Shown here one piece after another: positions 22,411-36,875 of a stretch of 64,000 nucleotides of DNA. The first letter of the stretch is position 1. Every line of letters starts with the position of its first letter. The stretch is from Hypanus sabinus (Eukaryota), in assembly GCF_030144855.1 (NCBI RefSeq), contig NC_082732.1, positions 29,760,001-29,824,000 of the forward strand. The letters are read 5' to 3'. The position numbers were made by a program, and so were the translations under genes. The notes beneath the pieces are model-generated. The model had not been told where the DNA came from, ran no database searches, and saw only the letters and a list, made by a program, of their open reading frames with translations.

Positions 22411-25274
22411 CTTAGTTTTTTTTATACGCTTTTGAAAGGTTTTGAAATTTTTCTACAGCCTGGATCAATGTGAGTGACCAGTTTAAGACTCTTGATCACT
22501 AATCCAATAACAATACTTTACTATCACACTGTTCCAAGTCCTCTGTTAAGCACTATACATACAACAGAAAGCACACAAATTAAAACTACATTCCCATTCC
22601 ATCTATTTTCAAACAATTAGTTATAATACAATGGTACAATGAAGTTGTAAAGAGCAAAGAGCAAATTTAACAGGAAGGGTTCCGAAGCTGGAATACTCTG
22701 ATTATGTGCAGTTCAATCAGACTGAAGGGATGTTTGTTTTGCAACAAGGACACTTTACAAGGGGCGGAAAGGACTACAGGCAGGACTCCAAATATACAAG
22801 CAGTCTTTCATCAATGCAGAGCCTACACCCTTTCAACTCTCTGTAGTTTGATGTTTAATGTCCTCAGTGCTGAATGCGCTTCTTTATTTGTGCAATTTGA
22901 TCGATGCACTCAGCACGGAACTGAATCTCCGGCTGTGGCCTGAAGCCATCAACACAGTGTTGAATCGAGTGATTTGATGGCTGTGACTGTGGCCATCAGC
23001 TCCTGGACAGGCCTCCCTTGCCTCAGGGACTTGTGGCTGTGGACTCACCTTTGGGGACTCGGTGGTTTGAGTTTAACGTTCTGTGTTGTTTGTTCGCTTT
23101 TTGTTGTTAGCGCAATTTGCTCTTTTTTCTCCCCTTGCAAGTTTGATGGTCTTGTTGTGTGGTTTAAACAGGTTCTATGGTGGTTCTTCGTTTTTGTTGC
23201 TGCCTGCAGGAAGATAAATCTCGAGGTTGTACACATATTTTGATAATAGGTACTTTGAACTTTAATGAACACTGTGGATGTACTTTTACTAGAATGAGTG
23301 CAGTAGCTCAAAGTGATGGCTCACTACCATTTTGCCAGGATAATCAGGGATGAGTAATAGATGTAAGCTTTACTAGATGCATCCAGATCCCCCCAAAAAA
23401 TTAAGAAATATACAATGCACAAAATACACATCAGTGTGAAACTACATTCAAGATTCTGCATAAATTTGTCCATTTAAGGTCAAATTAAACTCTGATTCAG
23501 GCCAATCTGCAACAGAAGTGGACCTGGATCTGGCTTCAGTTCACTGCAAATAAAGGCACTTTAACAGGAGAATGGGTGTCCATACTCTTTAAGAATCTGG
23601 GCAGAGGTATGAACACCACTCAAGCTTACCATTTTAATCAGAATTTGTGGACTGGGTATTGCTTTGGAAATAGTCTAAAGGTCCTGTGTCCTGGATACTC
23701 TGCTGTAAATTGTTTTATGTTGTAACAAGTGCGCAAAATTCTGCTGTCTTTTGCAAGAATTTCATTCCGCTCAGATCCTTTTATCTTGATAGTAAAACCA
23801 TGCAAAACCTTTAATCCGGAAGTACTGTTGCTAGAGTTGCAGTGGGCTGTAACTTGACAGCAGGAAGATGGCAGTCTTTGATAAGCATACTGTGACTGAG
23901 ATTATACAAATGTCATTTCAACTCAGAGTAAAAGGTGCTGAAAACAATTATTCATGCTAACCCTTCAAATCATAAAATAGCAAAGATCATCTCCCCATGT
24001 TATTCTGATAACTATTAACTACAAACTTCCAGAAGTTTTAAATTGGAGCACTACACCTAGACCTCCGAGAGGTAAAAGCCCATATTAGGAGTTGACCTAC
24101 AATCCAGACAGAGAATACACAAAGTTCAAATTCGGTATCCAAGCATGTATGAGATTCATTTTCTTGCAGGCATATGCAGTAGAACAGAAAAATAGAATAG
24201 AATTAATGAAAAACTACACACAAAACAAAGATTAACAATTAACAAATCTGCAAATAAAGACAAACTGTGGAAGGAATAATTAAATCAATTAACTAAATAA
24301 GCAATGAGTACATTAAAAGCATGCTGATAACGTGTGTTGTAGAGTCATTGAAAGTGAGTCCATATTGTGGAATCAGTTCAGAGAGGAGGTGAGTGAAGCT
24401 ATCCACACAGTTTCAGTAGCCTGATGGCTGAGGGGTAATAGATGTTCCTGAACCATTGACACACGTAATTAAACCTTGACTTTTCCTCACATCTTGCAAT
24501 TGTGCCTATCTTACACATACTTCCTTCCTCCTTCCCTACATCCTTGCTGTTTTGAAATCAGATCACCTCAGAGCCTCTTCCACCCTGTTTCGGAGTCTTT
24601 GTAAATACTGAGATCTCTAATTCCCTGAACTACCCATGTGCCAGAGAAATGAAACTTGCCCTGACCCATGACCAATAATAGGTTTAACAGCAACATAGCT
24701 TTTGATTTGCCATGCAAGTTACTCCAGGTATCCACATCATAGATTTCAGATATCTCCAGTATTACAAACAGGGAACAACTTGGAATCAGAATGTGTGGAG
24801 CAACACACAAAGTGTTGGAAGAACTCAGCAAGGAAAGTTTCTTCTGTTGAACACCTGAAAGCAGTTGTAAAGATAAACAATACAAAAGAAAAAGAAAACA
24901 CACCAATCTGCAAAAGTAATGCAAGCATATATATTTTCAATTGCAGGCGAAGTGCAACAATCCTTGACATCCAGCATTGGTAATCAAATCCCATTTTACC
25001 ATTACCCTGCTGAAAGCCGAATGCACACTAAAAATACGGATAGCTGCAAATCAGACAAACAGCAAGCACAAATTCCTCATTCCTTCAGCTTGCATGCAAG
25101 AGTTTGTCAGAGACACAGCTGTTTCAGGGAGTAACTTAGACTCACTAGGAATGCCTTCGTCTACACTGAGCTGGCTGAACAGTGCAAGAGACAAGGCTGT
25201 AAGCCCTCCAGTCAGGGAGGAGTAAGCCAGACAAGTTTGCTGCACACGACACAGAAACCCTTGCGGCAAGGGGG

Positions 25275-25312
25275 GTGTGTGTGTGTGTGCGCACGCGCAC
25301 ACACACACACAC
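25275..25312. repeat. (GT)7-GCGC-AC-GCGC-(AC)7 palindromic microsatellite
   Basis: Perfect 18-bp inverted arms with a 2-nt spacer; fully alternating purine/pyrimidine. Confidence 0.9.
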
Positions 25313-26369
25313 TCTCAAGGCTACAACCTTTCCACATCTTACAGTACTGTGGAAAAGTCTTGGCCAGATATAGCTCAGGTGCCTAAAACTTCTGCACAAT
25401 ACCGTAGTAATTTCATGTATTGCACTGTACAGCTGCTGCAAAGAAAATCCAAATTTCATGACATATATGAATAATGATAAACCTGTTATGGGTCTCTATT
25501 GTGGACTGAGAGTGAGAAGGGGACAGGAAAAGGGGAATCATCATTGGGAAAAGTGGAAGGGAGAGGGGAGGGAGCAAGAAGCACCGCAGAGACATTCAGT
25601 AATGATCAATAAATCAATTATATCAATTATATGGAATTAAGTTACCTTGCCTGGTGTTTCAGGGCAGGGTATGTCTGTATGCATGCCATCCCTCCCGCCC
25701 TGGCACCCTTTCTCTGCCACCTGTCCCACACCCTTCCCACAGTGCTCCACCCTCACCATTCCCAACATCCTTTGCTCCCATTAGATTTACAAACTCACTC
25801 ACTGCTTCACATTTGACAAATACTGCACTGTGCTGAAGTCTTACATATGTGCCTAAGACTTTTGCACAATACTGTATATGGATAGGGTGATCGAGTGAGG
25901 TCTTTTCTCTTTGGAACAGAGGAGGATGACAGGTGACTTAGTAAGGGTGTATAAGATTATAAAAGGTGTAGTTAGAGTGGACACCTTTTTCCCAGTGCAG
26001 CAAGTGCAGAGGACATCCTTTTAAGGCGAGTGAGGAGAGTAGTCAAGTATAGAGGAGATGTCAGAGATAGTTTTTTTAAAAAACAGTGTTGGGTGCCTGC
26101 TGTACGCTGCCGGGGGTGGTGGTTGAAGCAGATGCATTAGGGTAATTTAGACAACTTTTAGATAGGTACATAGATGAAAGACAAATGTACAGTATTTGGC
26201 TGTGTAGGAGGGAGGATTTAGGTTGATCATGGGGTTGGTTTACATAGGTCGGCTAACAGACTGTGACATAAAAGTGAATCCCAAAACACTTAATACAGCA
26301 GCACTCTCAATTCCTGATGGAGCATCATATCTCATTCAATGTTACACATCAGGTCAAGACTGCTGTTCA

Positions 26370-27900
26370 AAGTTCAAAATAAACTTACCAAAGTACACAC
26401 ACAATCACCATATACAACCCTGAGATTCATTTTCTTGTGATAACAAGAAACACAGTAGAATCACTGTAAGACCGCACACAACAGGACAATCAACTGGTGT
26501 GCAAATGACAAGAAACTGTGCAAATACAGAAAGTTAAAAAAAGGAAAATAAATAAATACATAAGCAAGCAAGCAATAGATATTGAGAATGTAAGATAAAG
26601 AGTCCTTAAAAGTGAGTCCATTGGTTGAGGGAACATTTCAGAGTTGGGGTGGGTGAAGTTATCCCCTCTAGTTCAAGAAAGTGATGGCTGAGGGGTAATA
26701 ACTGTTCCTGTACCTGGTGGTATGGGTCCTGAGGCTCATGTGACTACTTCCTAATGGCAGCAGCGAGAAGACAGCACAGCCTGGATGGTGGAGGTCCTTG
26801 ATGATGGATGTTTTCCTGACAGCACTCTGTGTAGATGTGCTCAATGGTGGCGAGAGCTTTGTCTGCGATGGACTGGGCTGTATCCACTACCTCTTATAGG
26901 CTCTTCCATTGAAAAGCATTGGTGTTCCATACAAGGCCATGATGCAACCAGTCAATACACTCTCCACCACACATCTATAGAAGTTTGTCAAGGTTTGGGA
27001 TGACATGCCGAATCTTCACAAACTTCTAAGAAAGTAGAGGCGCTCCTGTGCTTTCTTTATAATGACACTTGCGTTCTGGACCCAGGACAGATCCTCTGAA
27101 ATAATAACACAAAGGAATTGAAAATTACTGATCCTCTCCACCTCCAACCCCCCAATGAGGGCTGGCTCCTGGATCTCTGGTTTCCTCCTCTTGAAGTCAA
27201 TAATCAGTTCCTTGGTCTTGCTGACAGAGAGCGAGAGGTTTTGTTGTGGCACTACTCAGCCAGATTTTTAATCTCCCTCCTATATGCTGATTCAGCACCT
27301 CCTTTGATTCGACCAACAACAGTGGTGTCATCAGCAAACTTAAATATGGCATTGGAGCTGTCCTTAGCCTCACAGTCATTAGTGGAAAACGAGTCGAGCA
27401 GGGGGCTGAGCACAAAGCCTTGTAGTGCACCTGCACTGATGGAGAGTGTGAAGGAAATATTACTAAACTGAACTGACTGGGGTCTACAAGTGAGGAAATC
27501 AAGGATCTGGTTGCACAAAGAGGTATTGAGGCCAAGGTCTTGAAGCTTAATGATTAGTTTAGAGGGCACGACAGTATTGATAAGAGTATCCAAATGTTTA
27601 CATCTTCATTGTCCAGATGTTTCAGGGATGAATGAAGAACCAATGAAATGGCAGGTGCTGTGGACCTGTTGTGACAGTAGGCAAATTGGAAGAGGACCCA
27701 AGTAGCTTCTCAGACAGGAGTTGACTTGTTTTATCACCAACTTCTCAAAGCACATCATCACATTGGATCTGTTACCAAACGATCGTCATTGAGGCACGTT
27801 ATCACGTTCTTCTTGGGCACCAGTATAATTGAAGCCTGCTTGAAGCAAGTGGCTTCCTCATTCTGCTGAAGTGACAGGTTAAAGATATTGGTGATGCAAC
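26370..27900 (-). mobile_element. Rex1/Babar-type LINE, ~1.5 kb RT remnant
   Basis: IPACCITNIFNLSLQQ..CFKQASIILVPKK; [43 protein letters not shown]; LSVSKTKELIIDF..KKAQERLYFLRSL. Confidence 0.9.
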
Positions 27901-29452
27901 ATGCAGGTATTTTTTGCCTCACACTCAAGCTTCCAAGGGACTTCGATACTTCCAGTGCCACGAGTGGTTATTCTAAACAACTCTGGACAACAAGATTTTA
28001 ATCTCTTCACCATTGAAGTCTTTACCTTCAGTTGATATAGGCTTCTTTGCAATTTCCCCCACTTTATAAATCCACTCCATGTTGACTGAACTTTGTTACT
28101 AAATTTTGTTTAACTACTCTGTGAACATCCATGAGATGTTTATTACTTTTAAAGGTGACTGACAGCATCAAGCTTTACACTCATACCTCAATCCTATTGG
28201 CAACCAATGCCCACTAGTGCAGTGCATCTTGGAAAATCATTCAGCACCTACTTCAAGCAAGGGTACAGCTAATTATTACTTCTACTCTTAGAATGAAGAC
28301 AATGAGCCCCAATCTAGACAACCTAATACAGCACAGACTGCCAAACCTGAAATTTCCAGCTCATTTAACTTTGCAGGCATGGATGCTGCAGACAAAGCCA
28401 GTTGTATCTGTTTGTGGTTGTTCACAGAAGTGGTAATGGGGTTTCATGAGCTGCTAATGTTTCCACTCCAAGTGCCCAATGTTCATGTACCCGTCCTGCC
28501 ACCAATAAAATTAAAAGCTTATACATTTCATTAAGCCATCAACGGTGAAACCCAGCAACCCAAGGAAAAGTTGTCAAAAAAATTAATTAGCTGGAATCAG
28601 ACTGACAGAGAGCTTATTTATAAAATAAAACAGCATTTTTTCCATAGATTTCCACAAAAAACACCATCTGTGTTGTTCCACCTCTGGAGAGAGAGAACAA
28701 TGAAAACTAATGTTTACACGCCTCATCCTTAACAGGAATAAGCTTCTTTACTTGGAGTTTGTATAATTCTTTTAAAAGTAAAGTTTCTTCTCCTCCACCC
28801 CCAACTTGTGCCAATAGATGAACTCAGAAACCACACTACAATGTGGGGAGATCCGTTAGTGGTTTATAAGATCACTTGTTGATTCAAGTTGAAAAGGTTC
28901 CTTTATTTATTATAATTTGTACATCTTTAAACTGGAGGAAATTAAGGCATCACCCATAGGTAGAGAACATCTGCAAATTTTAGCTTCTTAATAAATAATT
29001 AACAATCCAAAGTGCCAGAGAAAGAAAAAAAGAAAATTGTTTGAGGGAAATACTGTCTAACTGTAAATCAGCAGTATTTTAAGTTTATCAATTTATAAAC
29101 ATGTTAAATGTAAGTACAAATATTTTGGCTGTTGTTGGTGTCTCACATTCCGGAAATCTGTTTATATTTGCTTTTAATGTTGACTATGCTGAAATTTGAC
29201 TTACACATAAAAAGGTGATCTTAAGTGCATACATGCAATGTTTTAAATTAAATAATTATTAATTATAAATAATTATTAATTAAATAATACTACACAAAGT
29301 TTGCCTACTTAAAACAAAGTGTGAAGTACTGCTCATCTTCACAATGAATCTCCCATGCCATGAATAAACCCATCAAAAGCACAAATTACAGAAAGTTACG
29401 GAATAAATAAATAAATATTTAAAGCAGAACGGAGAGATACAATCACAGAGAG

Positions 29453-29516
29453 CAGGCATTCCCACCCTTTTTTACCATTGGCTGAGGGGCCTGTGGACCC
29501 CAGGTTGGGAACCCTG
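29453..29516. mobile_element. Tiny hAT-like MITE (related copy at 44744-44823)
   Basis: Imperfect TIRs caggcattcccac / gttgggaaccctg. The second copy has caggagttctcaa / ttgggaacccctg. Confidence 0.5.
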
Positions 29517-29569
29517 GCCGACAGGGAAAACAGCAAGTCCAGTAGATTCAACAAGTGAGAAATCAAGGA

Positions 29570-32500
29570 TGAATTTAAAGCTTTAATTAACACGTCTATG
29601 AAATTAATGTAATTAATGAAATACGATTGTAAGATGAGCAGGACTGGCAACTTTATAACCCAGAGTATCAGCGAGATGGTGGGGGGGGGGGGGGGGAAGA
29701 GAAAAAGGAAAGATGGTATTGCACTGTTCATCAAATATTGCATTACTTCAGTAGTGTTCTAGAAAGCTCTTCAAATGAGGCCATAAATGGTAAGTTAGAA
29801 ACAAAAAAACAATGTCACTCTGCTGGGTCTGTATTACAAAGCTCCCAACAGTTCATAGGAGGGAGAGGAACAAAGACATTGGACGTTATAATCATACTGG
29901 GCGATTTCACTGGGATTGCCTTTTTGTTAAAGGTTCTGAATGGGAAAATTCTTCTGAGCACAGTAAGGGGGTAAACTCTGAATGAAGCTTTATCTTGCAG
30001 AATCTATCTAGTCAAGTGGAAGGAGGGTTATTGGGGAACATAACTCCAATGAGGTGCAGGTACTCAGATTTATTTGTCTTTTTAAATGGTTATGGTAAAG
30101 CATAGGGTTGGACCAATAACAAGGATTGTAAAATTGGAAGACTAATTTCATTAACATAAGGGAGGACTTGGCAAGGGTACATTGGGAGCATCTACTTGCA
30201 GGTCTACATCTACACAGCAGGTAGCATTCCAAGGGGAAAGAGCACGATTTCAAGGCAAACATGTTTCTGTAGGGGTCATGAATGGTCACCAGGTAAATCT
30301 GAAGACTTTCTACAGTACAGTAAGGGCAAAAGAGTAACCAGAGAAGTGGTCCCATTAAGGGCAATGGAAGCCATCTGTGCATAGAGCCAGAAGGTATAGG
30401 GAAGGTCTGAAGCAGTTTTTTTTTAAAAAAAAGTATTCATATAAATTACAGCCTTTGTAGTTGAAAAATCCATTGAAAAAGGAAAATGGCAAAAGTCTAG
30501 TACAGATCTCCATAAAGATGGGATACTCATTGGAGGTGGATGAGTCTCCAAGTCCAGGTGGGATTTACTGCAGGATACTACAGGGAGCAAGGAAGACACT
30601 GCTGGGATTTTTAAATCTTTGCTGGACACAAGTGACTGGAGGATAGCAAATGTGGCAGGAAAGACTGGTAAAGATAAACCTCTGAGCTTAACATTGGTGG
30701 TACAGAAGATACTGGAAAACATTCTGTAGGAGAGGATTAACATTGGAAAGGCAGGGAAAGCCAACATGGCTTGGCAATAGGAATCAGAAGGTGAGAGTTG
30801 TTATTATGATCGAATATCATGGATTTCCCCAACAAAGTAACAAAACCCATGCAGTTTGTCATGTATTAGAATTACTTGGATGTAGGAGGAAAAATTCACA
30901 GATGACAGATTGGCAGAATTGTTGACAGTGTGGAAGGCAAAGGCTGAAGAGATACTGATGGGTGGAATGGGTTGAAAAACAAACGGCAGATGGAGATTAA
31001 TCCAGACAAATCTGCAGTGATGCATTTTGGGGCACTAAAGAAACTAGGTTAGGAACAATAAATGGAAGGGCTTTAGGGACTACAGAGAAACAGAGGCACA
31101 AGCCCATGGATCCTTTCAAGTGTCAATGATGTGATAGTGTTGAGAGAGGGCACAGAGGAAATTCACCAGGATGTTGCCTGGGATGGAGTAACTTAGTCAC
31201 GAGAAAAGACTGCAGGAAGTAGATTTATTCTCCTTGGACTGGAGGAGGTTAAGACGGGGAATGACTGAGGTACAGTGGATTCTGGTTAATTGGGGCACAT
31301 GGGACCAGTACATTTTGGTCCAATTAAGCATCTGTCTCAATTATCTGAAGTTTAATGGAAACAAGTTAAAAAGTTATAAAAAAGGCAAACTACTGTTTAA
31401 CTGAGTTAAGAAAAAAATGTATTTAAATGAAATACAAAAGAAATTAGAATACTACCAATATTACTACAGCACTATAAAACTGTGTATTAGTTTTTAATGG
31501 TTACTAACAGAGGAATTCATTGAACATATGCTGGTGTGTTCTTTTGATTGACTATACACAAACACCTAGTGCAACTAATGGACTGCCTTCAATGCTTTAG
31601 TGCATGAAGTGATGTCATAATTCAACAATACATTTCCTGGCATCTTGTGTAGTCACTAGCTCAGGTTCAACTCTGTGACACTCATCACTTTCCTCATCTT
31701 CATATTCCCCACCTTGGTGTTTTGATACAATGCTTTCGATGATTGCATTCCCCCCCCCCCCAAATCTTCATTTCAACGGTTTCAAAAGGTACATTTAATA
31801 TCAGAGAAATGTATACAATATACATCCTGAAATTCTTTTTCTTCATAATTCATTTTTTCATAGTAAAATTCAAGATGATTATTAATACCTTCAAATTTTG
31901 CCAAGTTCCTAACTCATTGTAGTAGTGAAATCATTTCATTTTCACTCCTGGCCATTTTGGGCATCTCCAAGCTTTAATGCTTGAAACCACAGTGAGCAAA
32001 ACACTAATGAATTGTCTTGTTTATTTCTCATCATCCACAAACTGTAAAAGTTGAACCCTTAGACTCATTTCCTCGGCTGGTGAAGTAGATGTCAGTCCTT
32101 CATTTGCTTCAAGAATGTGGTTCACCAACTTTCTGCGATACAGCGCCTTTAGATTTTTTGATTGCCATATCCATTGGTTGTACCAAGGATGTTGTATTGG
32201 CAGGCAGAAATTCCAGCTGGATGTTTCTCCAACATTCTACGTTAGGGTATGCTGTACAATTGTCCACAAGCAGAAGAATTTTGCTTAATTTCCACTGTAG
32301 CTCCATATCCCAAATTATGAGCCATTTCTTAAAAATTTCAAAAGTCATCCACACATTTTATTAGCATAAACTTGCTTGATAAACTATTCTTCTTAGCCTT
32401 AAAGCATCAAGGTTTAATACTTTTCCAACTAACCAACTATTTGTTTTTAGCAGTTTTTGACATATGAATATAAAGACTGTGTGAACACACAACAGTTCCG

Positions 32501-33965
32501 TAATCCATGGGTTTCTTTGAACTTGATAATACTGCATGCTTGCAGCAAAGAGAACCATTCAGTGTGGCATGATTAAAAAAAAGGCCTGCTTCATCGACAT
32601 TGTAGGTATCATCTGCACAAAATTTTTGAAGAAAGTCGGGGAGTTTTGTAGATTTCCATGTTTCTGCATCACCTTTCTTGCCATGAATTTTCTTGATTTT
32701 AATGTGTACCTATATTTCCATTTAGACAACCAACCATCTGTTGCTTTAAAGTCTTTGTGACCCAGCTTCTTAGCTAGCTCCCCTGACCTGCTTTTTAACA
32801 CTGGTCCACTGTCAAGCACACCTTGTCCAGTTTCAATGGTGTCTTCAACATCTGGATCCTTACCTTCACACTTTCATTTTTATTGAGAGACACACAGCAT
32901 GGAGTAGGCTCTCCCGCCCCAGCAACCCCTGATTCAATACTAACCTAATCACGGGACAATTTACAATGACTAATTACCTTACCAACTGGTCCGCCTCTGG
33001 ACTGTGGAAGGAAATTGGAGTGTACAGAGAAAACCCATGCACTCCACGGGAAGGATGTACATTCTCCTTGCAGGTGACATCAGAATTGAACTCTGAACTC
33101 CAACACTGAGTCATAATAGCTTCGTGCTAACCACTGCGTTACTGTGGTGCCATACTGTTTTTGGGATGTTTCCTGTTGACCCTCGTGTAATGCCCATTCT
33201 TCTCACAGTTTATTCTTGCTGATGCATCAAGCATGAAATTGTAGATTTCGGCACTCCAGTTACCTCTGCCAGCTGATGAAGCGCAGTGTTAGGCTGATGG
33301 CTTTTAATTTGGTCCAGTAAGGTAATTTTTTCAGCTAAGGTTAAAGGCTTTCATGGCATCTCAACAAGGATCAAAATAAAAAATATCAAAAATCACTGCT
33401 TTTTGAATTCGCTTCCATCGACCCAAATGGGTAACATAACGTAAGCACACCGCAGCTGCCACAACTGTTTGCTCTCACAGTCTAACGGCCACACGAGTAC
33501 ATGTGACTGACCTTCTCCTGCCCAGTTAAGCGGCATAATTTCTCAAGTAAATGAAGGGAATCTTGGCTATCTTCTTGATTTGTTTCTTTTTCTTTAAGAG
33601 TTGTCCTAAATAAGTTACTGCCCAATTAACCGGAATCCACTGTATATGAGGTATATGTAGATTGAAGAAAGCATTTACCCCATAGCAGAAGTAGATAAAA
33701 CAAGAGGATATTACCTTAGAGTGAGGGGGAAGAGAGGTGGAGGGGATATCAGGGAGACCTTCACCCAGAGAGTGGCAAGACCTGGAATGCACTGCCTGAG
33801 AGAGTGGTTAAACTGATTTACTGTTGGCATTTAGAAGTGTCTACACAGCACTTGAATCACTTAATCACGGAAGACAGCAGACCATGTGTGCTGTGCAATG
33901 GGATTCATTCAGAAGGCTACCTACTGATCAACGTTGATGATTTGGGCTGAATGAACTGTTTCCAT
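29570..33965 (+). mobile_element. Long, heavily decayed CR1-type LINE split by a Tigger insertion
   Basis: Endonuclease-like pieces (IIILGDF), dwriaNv-like gactggaggatagcaaatgt, and aggaaattcaccaggatgttgcctgg before 31272. The 3' end (ttcacccagagagtgg...ctggaatgcactgcctgagagagtgg) resumes after 33644. Confidence 0.65.
31273..33642 (-). mobile_element. Tigger/pogo-family DNA transposon with broken transposase
   Basis: TA-CAGTGGATTCTGGTTAATTGGG ... CCCAATTAACCGGAATCCACTG-TA. Transposase pieces LAKKLGHKDFKATDGWLSKWKYR (CENP-B-type HTH) and WMTFEIFKKWL..ILLLVDNCTAYP..LEFLPANTTSLVQPMD (DDE_1). A SINE is inserted at ~32890-33150. Confidence 0.92.
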
Positions 33966-34879
33966 GCAAAACAAAAGATCACAGTACCATTCCTGGCTCA
34001 GCTGCATAGGGACAGAAGAGTGTCAACTGAACAATACATATTGGAGCTTTATAACCTTCAAGGGAAATACACTGATGTGCATAAATCATGGAGTAATGAT
34101 AATGTGTGATTTCAATTCAAATTTATATCGGGATAGCAATAACATTATGTAAAGAAGGTTGTAGTTTCTGGAATGTGTTCAGGAGTATGTTCTTGATTGG
34201 TATAGTTCTGTCCAAAGGAGGAAGGTAATGGAGGAACATCTTGGATGAGTGACCATGATTTTCTAAAGCTTCGAATATATACAATTACAAGTTAAAATGA
34301 TCAGTCGGAGAAAGGACAACTTCAATGATTTGGGAACCAATATAGCATAGGTAAATGGAATCAAAGCTTGCAAAGAAAATTATAACTGAAAATCAAAATA
34401 TTACAGATACTGAAATTTTTAAATACAAAACTTATAGACTTTGCTTTCACACTTTCCAAAAAAAAATCACAAAACCTAATCAACAGTTTCACATTATATT
34501 GCAGTGCAAGATCTTTGTGAACTTTCTTAACCTACCTGTGGCCCATTGTAGCATCCTGACAACTTACTTGCTAACCTATAAGCAAATCCAACAACCAAAC
34601 CTCTGATGCCTTCACTCAAGTTGTTCATAGAAATGAGAAAAGTCCACACTCCAGCACCGATACATTTTGCAAACCAGAAAAGGAATGTACCCTTTCTTGT
34701 CATTCATAAGTAACCTCTACACAATGAATTTTTTTTTCAGTAATAATCTTTGAATTTGAATTGAATTTATTTAAATCTTACATCCATCCCACAACGTGAG
34801 GGAGTAAAAATCTTTGCTTTATGACTCCATCACAATGTACCAACATGAGAATTTATAAGTCTAATGGCTTGTAAATTGA

Positions 34880-35210
34880 TGTGGTTCAGAGAGTGACAGA
34901 TCAAAAACAGGCTCTTGGGCCCATTGAGTCTGTGCTAGCCATCAAGAACCTACTTACACTAATCCAAGATTACTCCTAGTTTCCCCCCAGATTCCTCTCA
35001 ACTCCCCCATATTCTACCACTTACCTACACTTCAGGGCAATTTACAGGGGCCAATTAACCTACCAACCCGCACATCTTTGGAAGAATTGGGAGCACCTAG
35101 AAGAAACCTAACCAGTCACAGTGAGAGCATGCAAACTCCAAACATCAAAGATCAGGACTGAACCCCAGTTGTGGAACCATAAGCAGCTCTTTACAGCACC
35201 GCCACTGTAC
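34880..35210 (-). mobile_element. HE1-like SINE
   Basis: gggcaatttacagggGccaattaacctaccaacccgcacatctttgg...gagcacctagaagaaacc. Confidence 0.65.
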
Positions 35211-36034
35211 CTGGAGGGTGCCCACAATTTCCCTTTCACAGGCCTATTTTGACTTTGCATAATTACATTGAATTTTTCAAACTGCCCTGTTACACCTTTA
35301 ACAATAGCTTCCAATATTTTCCCAACAACAGAATCAAAGTTCAAATTATTATCAAGGTATGTATATGTCACCACATACAACCCTGAGATTTATTTTATTA
35401 TCTCTGCACAACTACATACACAGTACATATAAAGAAACACAATAAAGTCAATGAAAAACAAAGACAAAAAAGACACACAAAAAATAAACTGTGAAAATAC
35501 AAAAAGAAAAACAAATAATAATAATAAATAAATCTGAGAACATGAGCTGTACAGTCCTTGAAAGTAAGTCCACAGGTTGTAGAATCAGTTCAGTGCTGAA
35601 GGGAGTGAAGTTATCCATGCTGGTTCAGGAGCCTAATGGTTGAAGGGTAATAACAGTTCTTGAACCCGGTGGTGTGGCTCCTGTACCTCCACTCCAATGC
35701 AAGCAGTGAGAAGACAGCATGGCCTAGATGGTGTGGGGCCTTGATGATGGATGCTGTTGACTTGTGTCAAGCTAACAGGCTGTAGTTTCCCACGTTTCAT
35801 CTCCCTCCTCTTTTGAGTTAAAGGTATTACAATGGGTTCCAAGAAAACAGGTTGATAGGTGATAGATTAAATTTAATGCTGTCAATGTTACGTTATAGGA
35901 AGAATGAGAGGCAATGTAAACGAGGTGGCACAGTTCTAAAAAATGGTACTGTTCAAGAACCAAGATCTGTGGTTACATATAGTTTGTTGAAACAACTCCA
36001 GATCAAGAAAAATGATTTTAAAAAATGGCCTTTA

Positions 36035-36875
36035 TAAATGGTGGCGAGAGGGTGTACAGGAGCAAGATATGCCAACTAGTGGAGTGGTGTTGCAGCAACA
36101 ACCTGGCACTCAACGTCCGTAAGACGAAAGAGCTGCCTGTGGACTTCAGGAAGGGTAAGACGAAGGAACACATACCAATCCTCAAAGAGATCAGAAGTGG
36201 AGAGAGTGAGCAGTTTCAAGTTCCTTGGTGTAAAAGATCCCAGAGGACCTAACCTGGTCCCAACATATTGATGCAGTTATAAAAAAGGCAAGACAGTGGC
36301 TATACTTTATTATGAGTTTGAAGAGATTTAGTATGTCAACAAATACACTCAAAAACTTCTATAGATGTACAGTACCGTGGAGAACATTCTGACAGGCTGC
36401 ATCACTGACTGGTATTGGGTGGGGGGGGGGGGGGCAGTGCTACTGGACAAGACCAAAAGAAATTACAGAGGGTTGTATATTTAGTTAGCTCCATCTTGGG
36501 TACTAGCCTATAAAGTACCCAGGACATCTTCAAGGAGCAGAAAGGCAGCTTCCTTTATTAAAGACCTCCAGCACTCAGGGCATGCCTTTTTCTCTCTGTT
36601 ACTATCAGATAGGAGGTACAGAAGCCTAAAGGCACACACTCAACGATTCAGAAACAGCTTCTTCCCCGCTGCCATCAGATTCCTAAATGGACATTGAACC
36701 CTTGAACGCTACCTCACTTTAATATATATTATTTATGTTTTTGCACTATTTTTAACCTATTCAATATACATATAAGGTAATTGATTTATCTTCTATATTA
36801 TGTATTGCAATGAACAGCTGCTGCTAAGTTAACAAATTTCAGGACACATGCCAGTGATAATAAACCTGATTCTGA
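36035..36875 (+). mobile_element. Rex1/Babar-type LINE 3' fragment, inserted in an older CR1 (35760-36030, 36880-37390)
   Basis: YRSKICQLVEWCCSNNLALNVRKTKELPVDFRK; ggagaacattctgacaggctgcatcact; tail gataataaacctgattctga. Confidence 0.85.

Noticed and set aside
32109-32819. Domesticated TIGD/CENP-B-like gene
   Set aside because: The transposase is broken by frameshifts, stops and a SINE insertion, and both TIRs and TA TSDs are present: a dead transposon.
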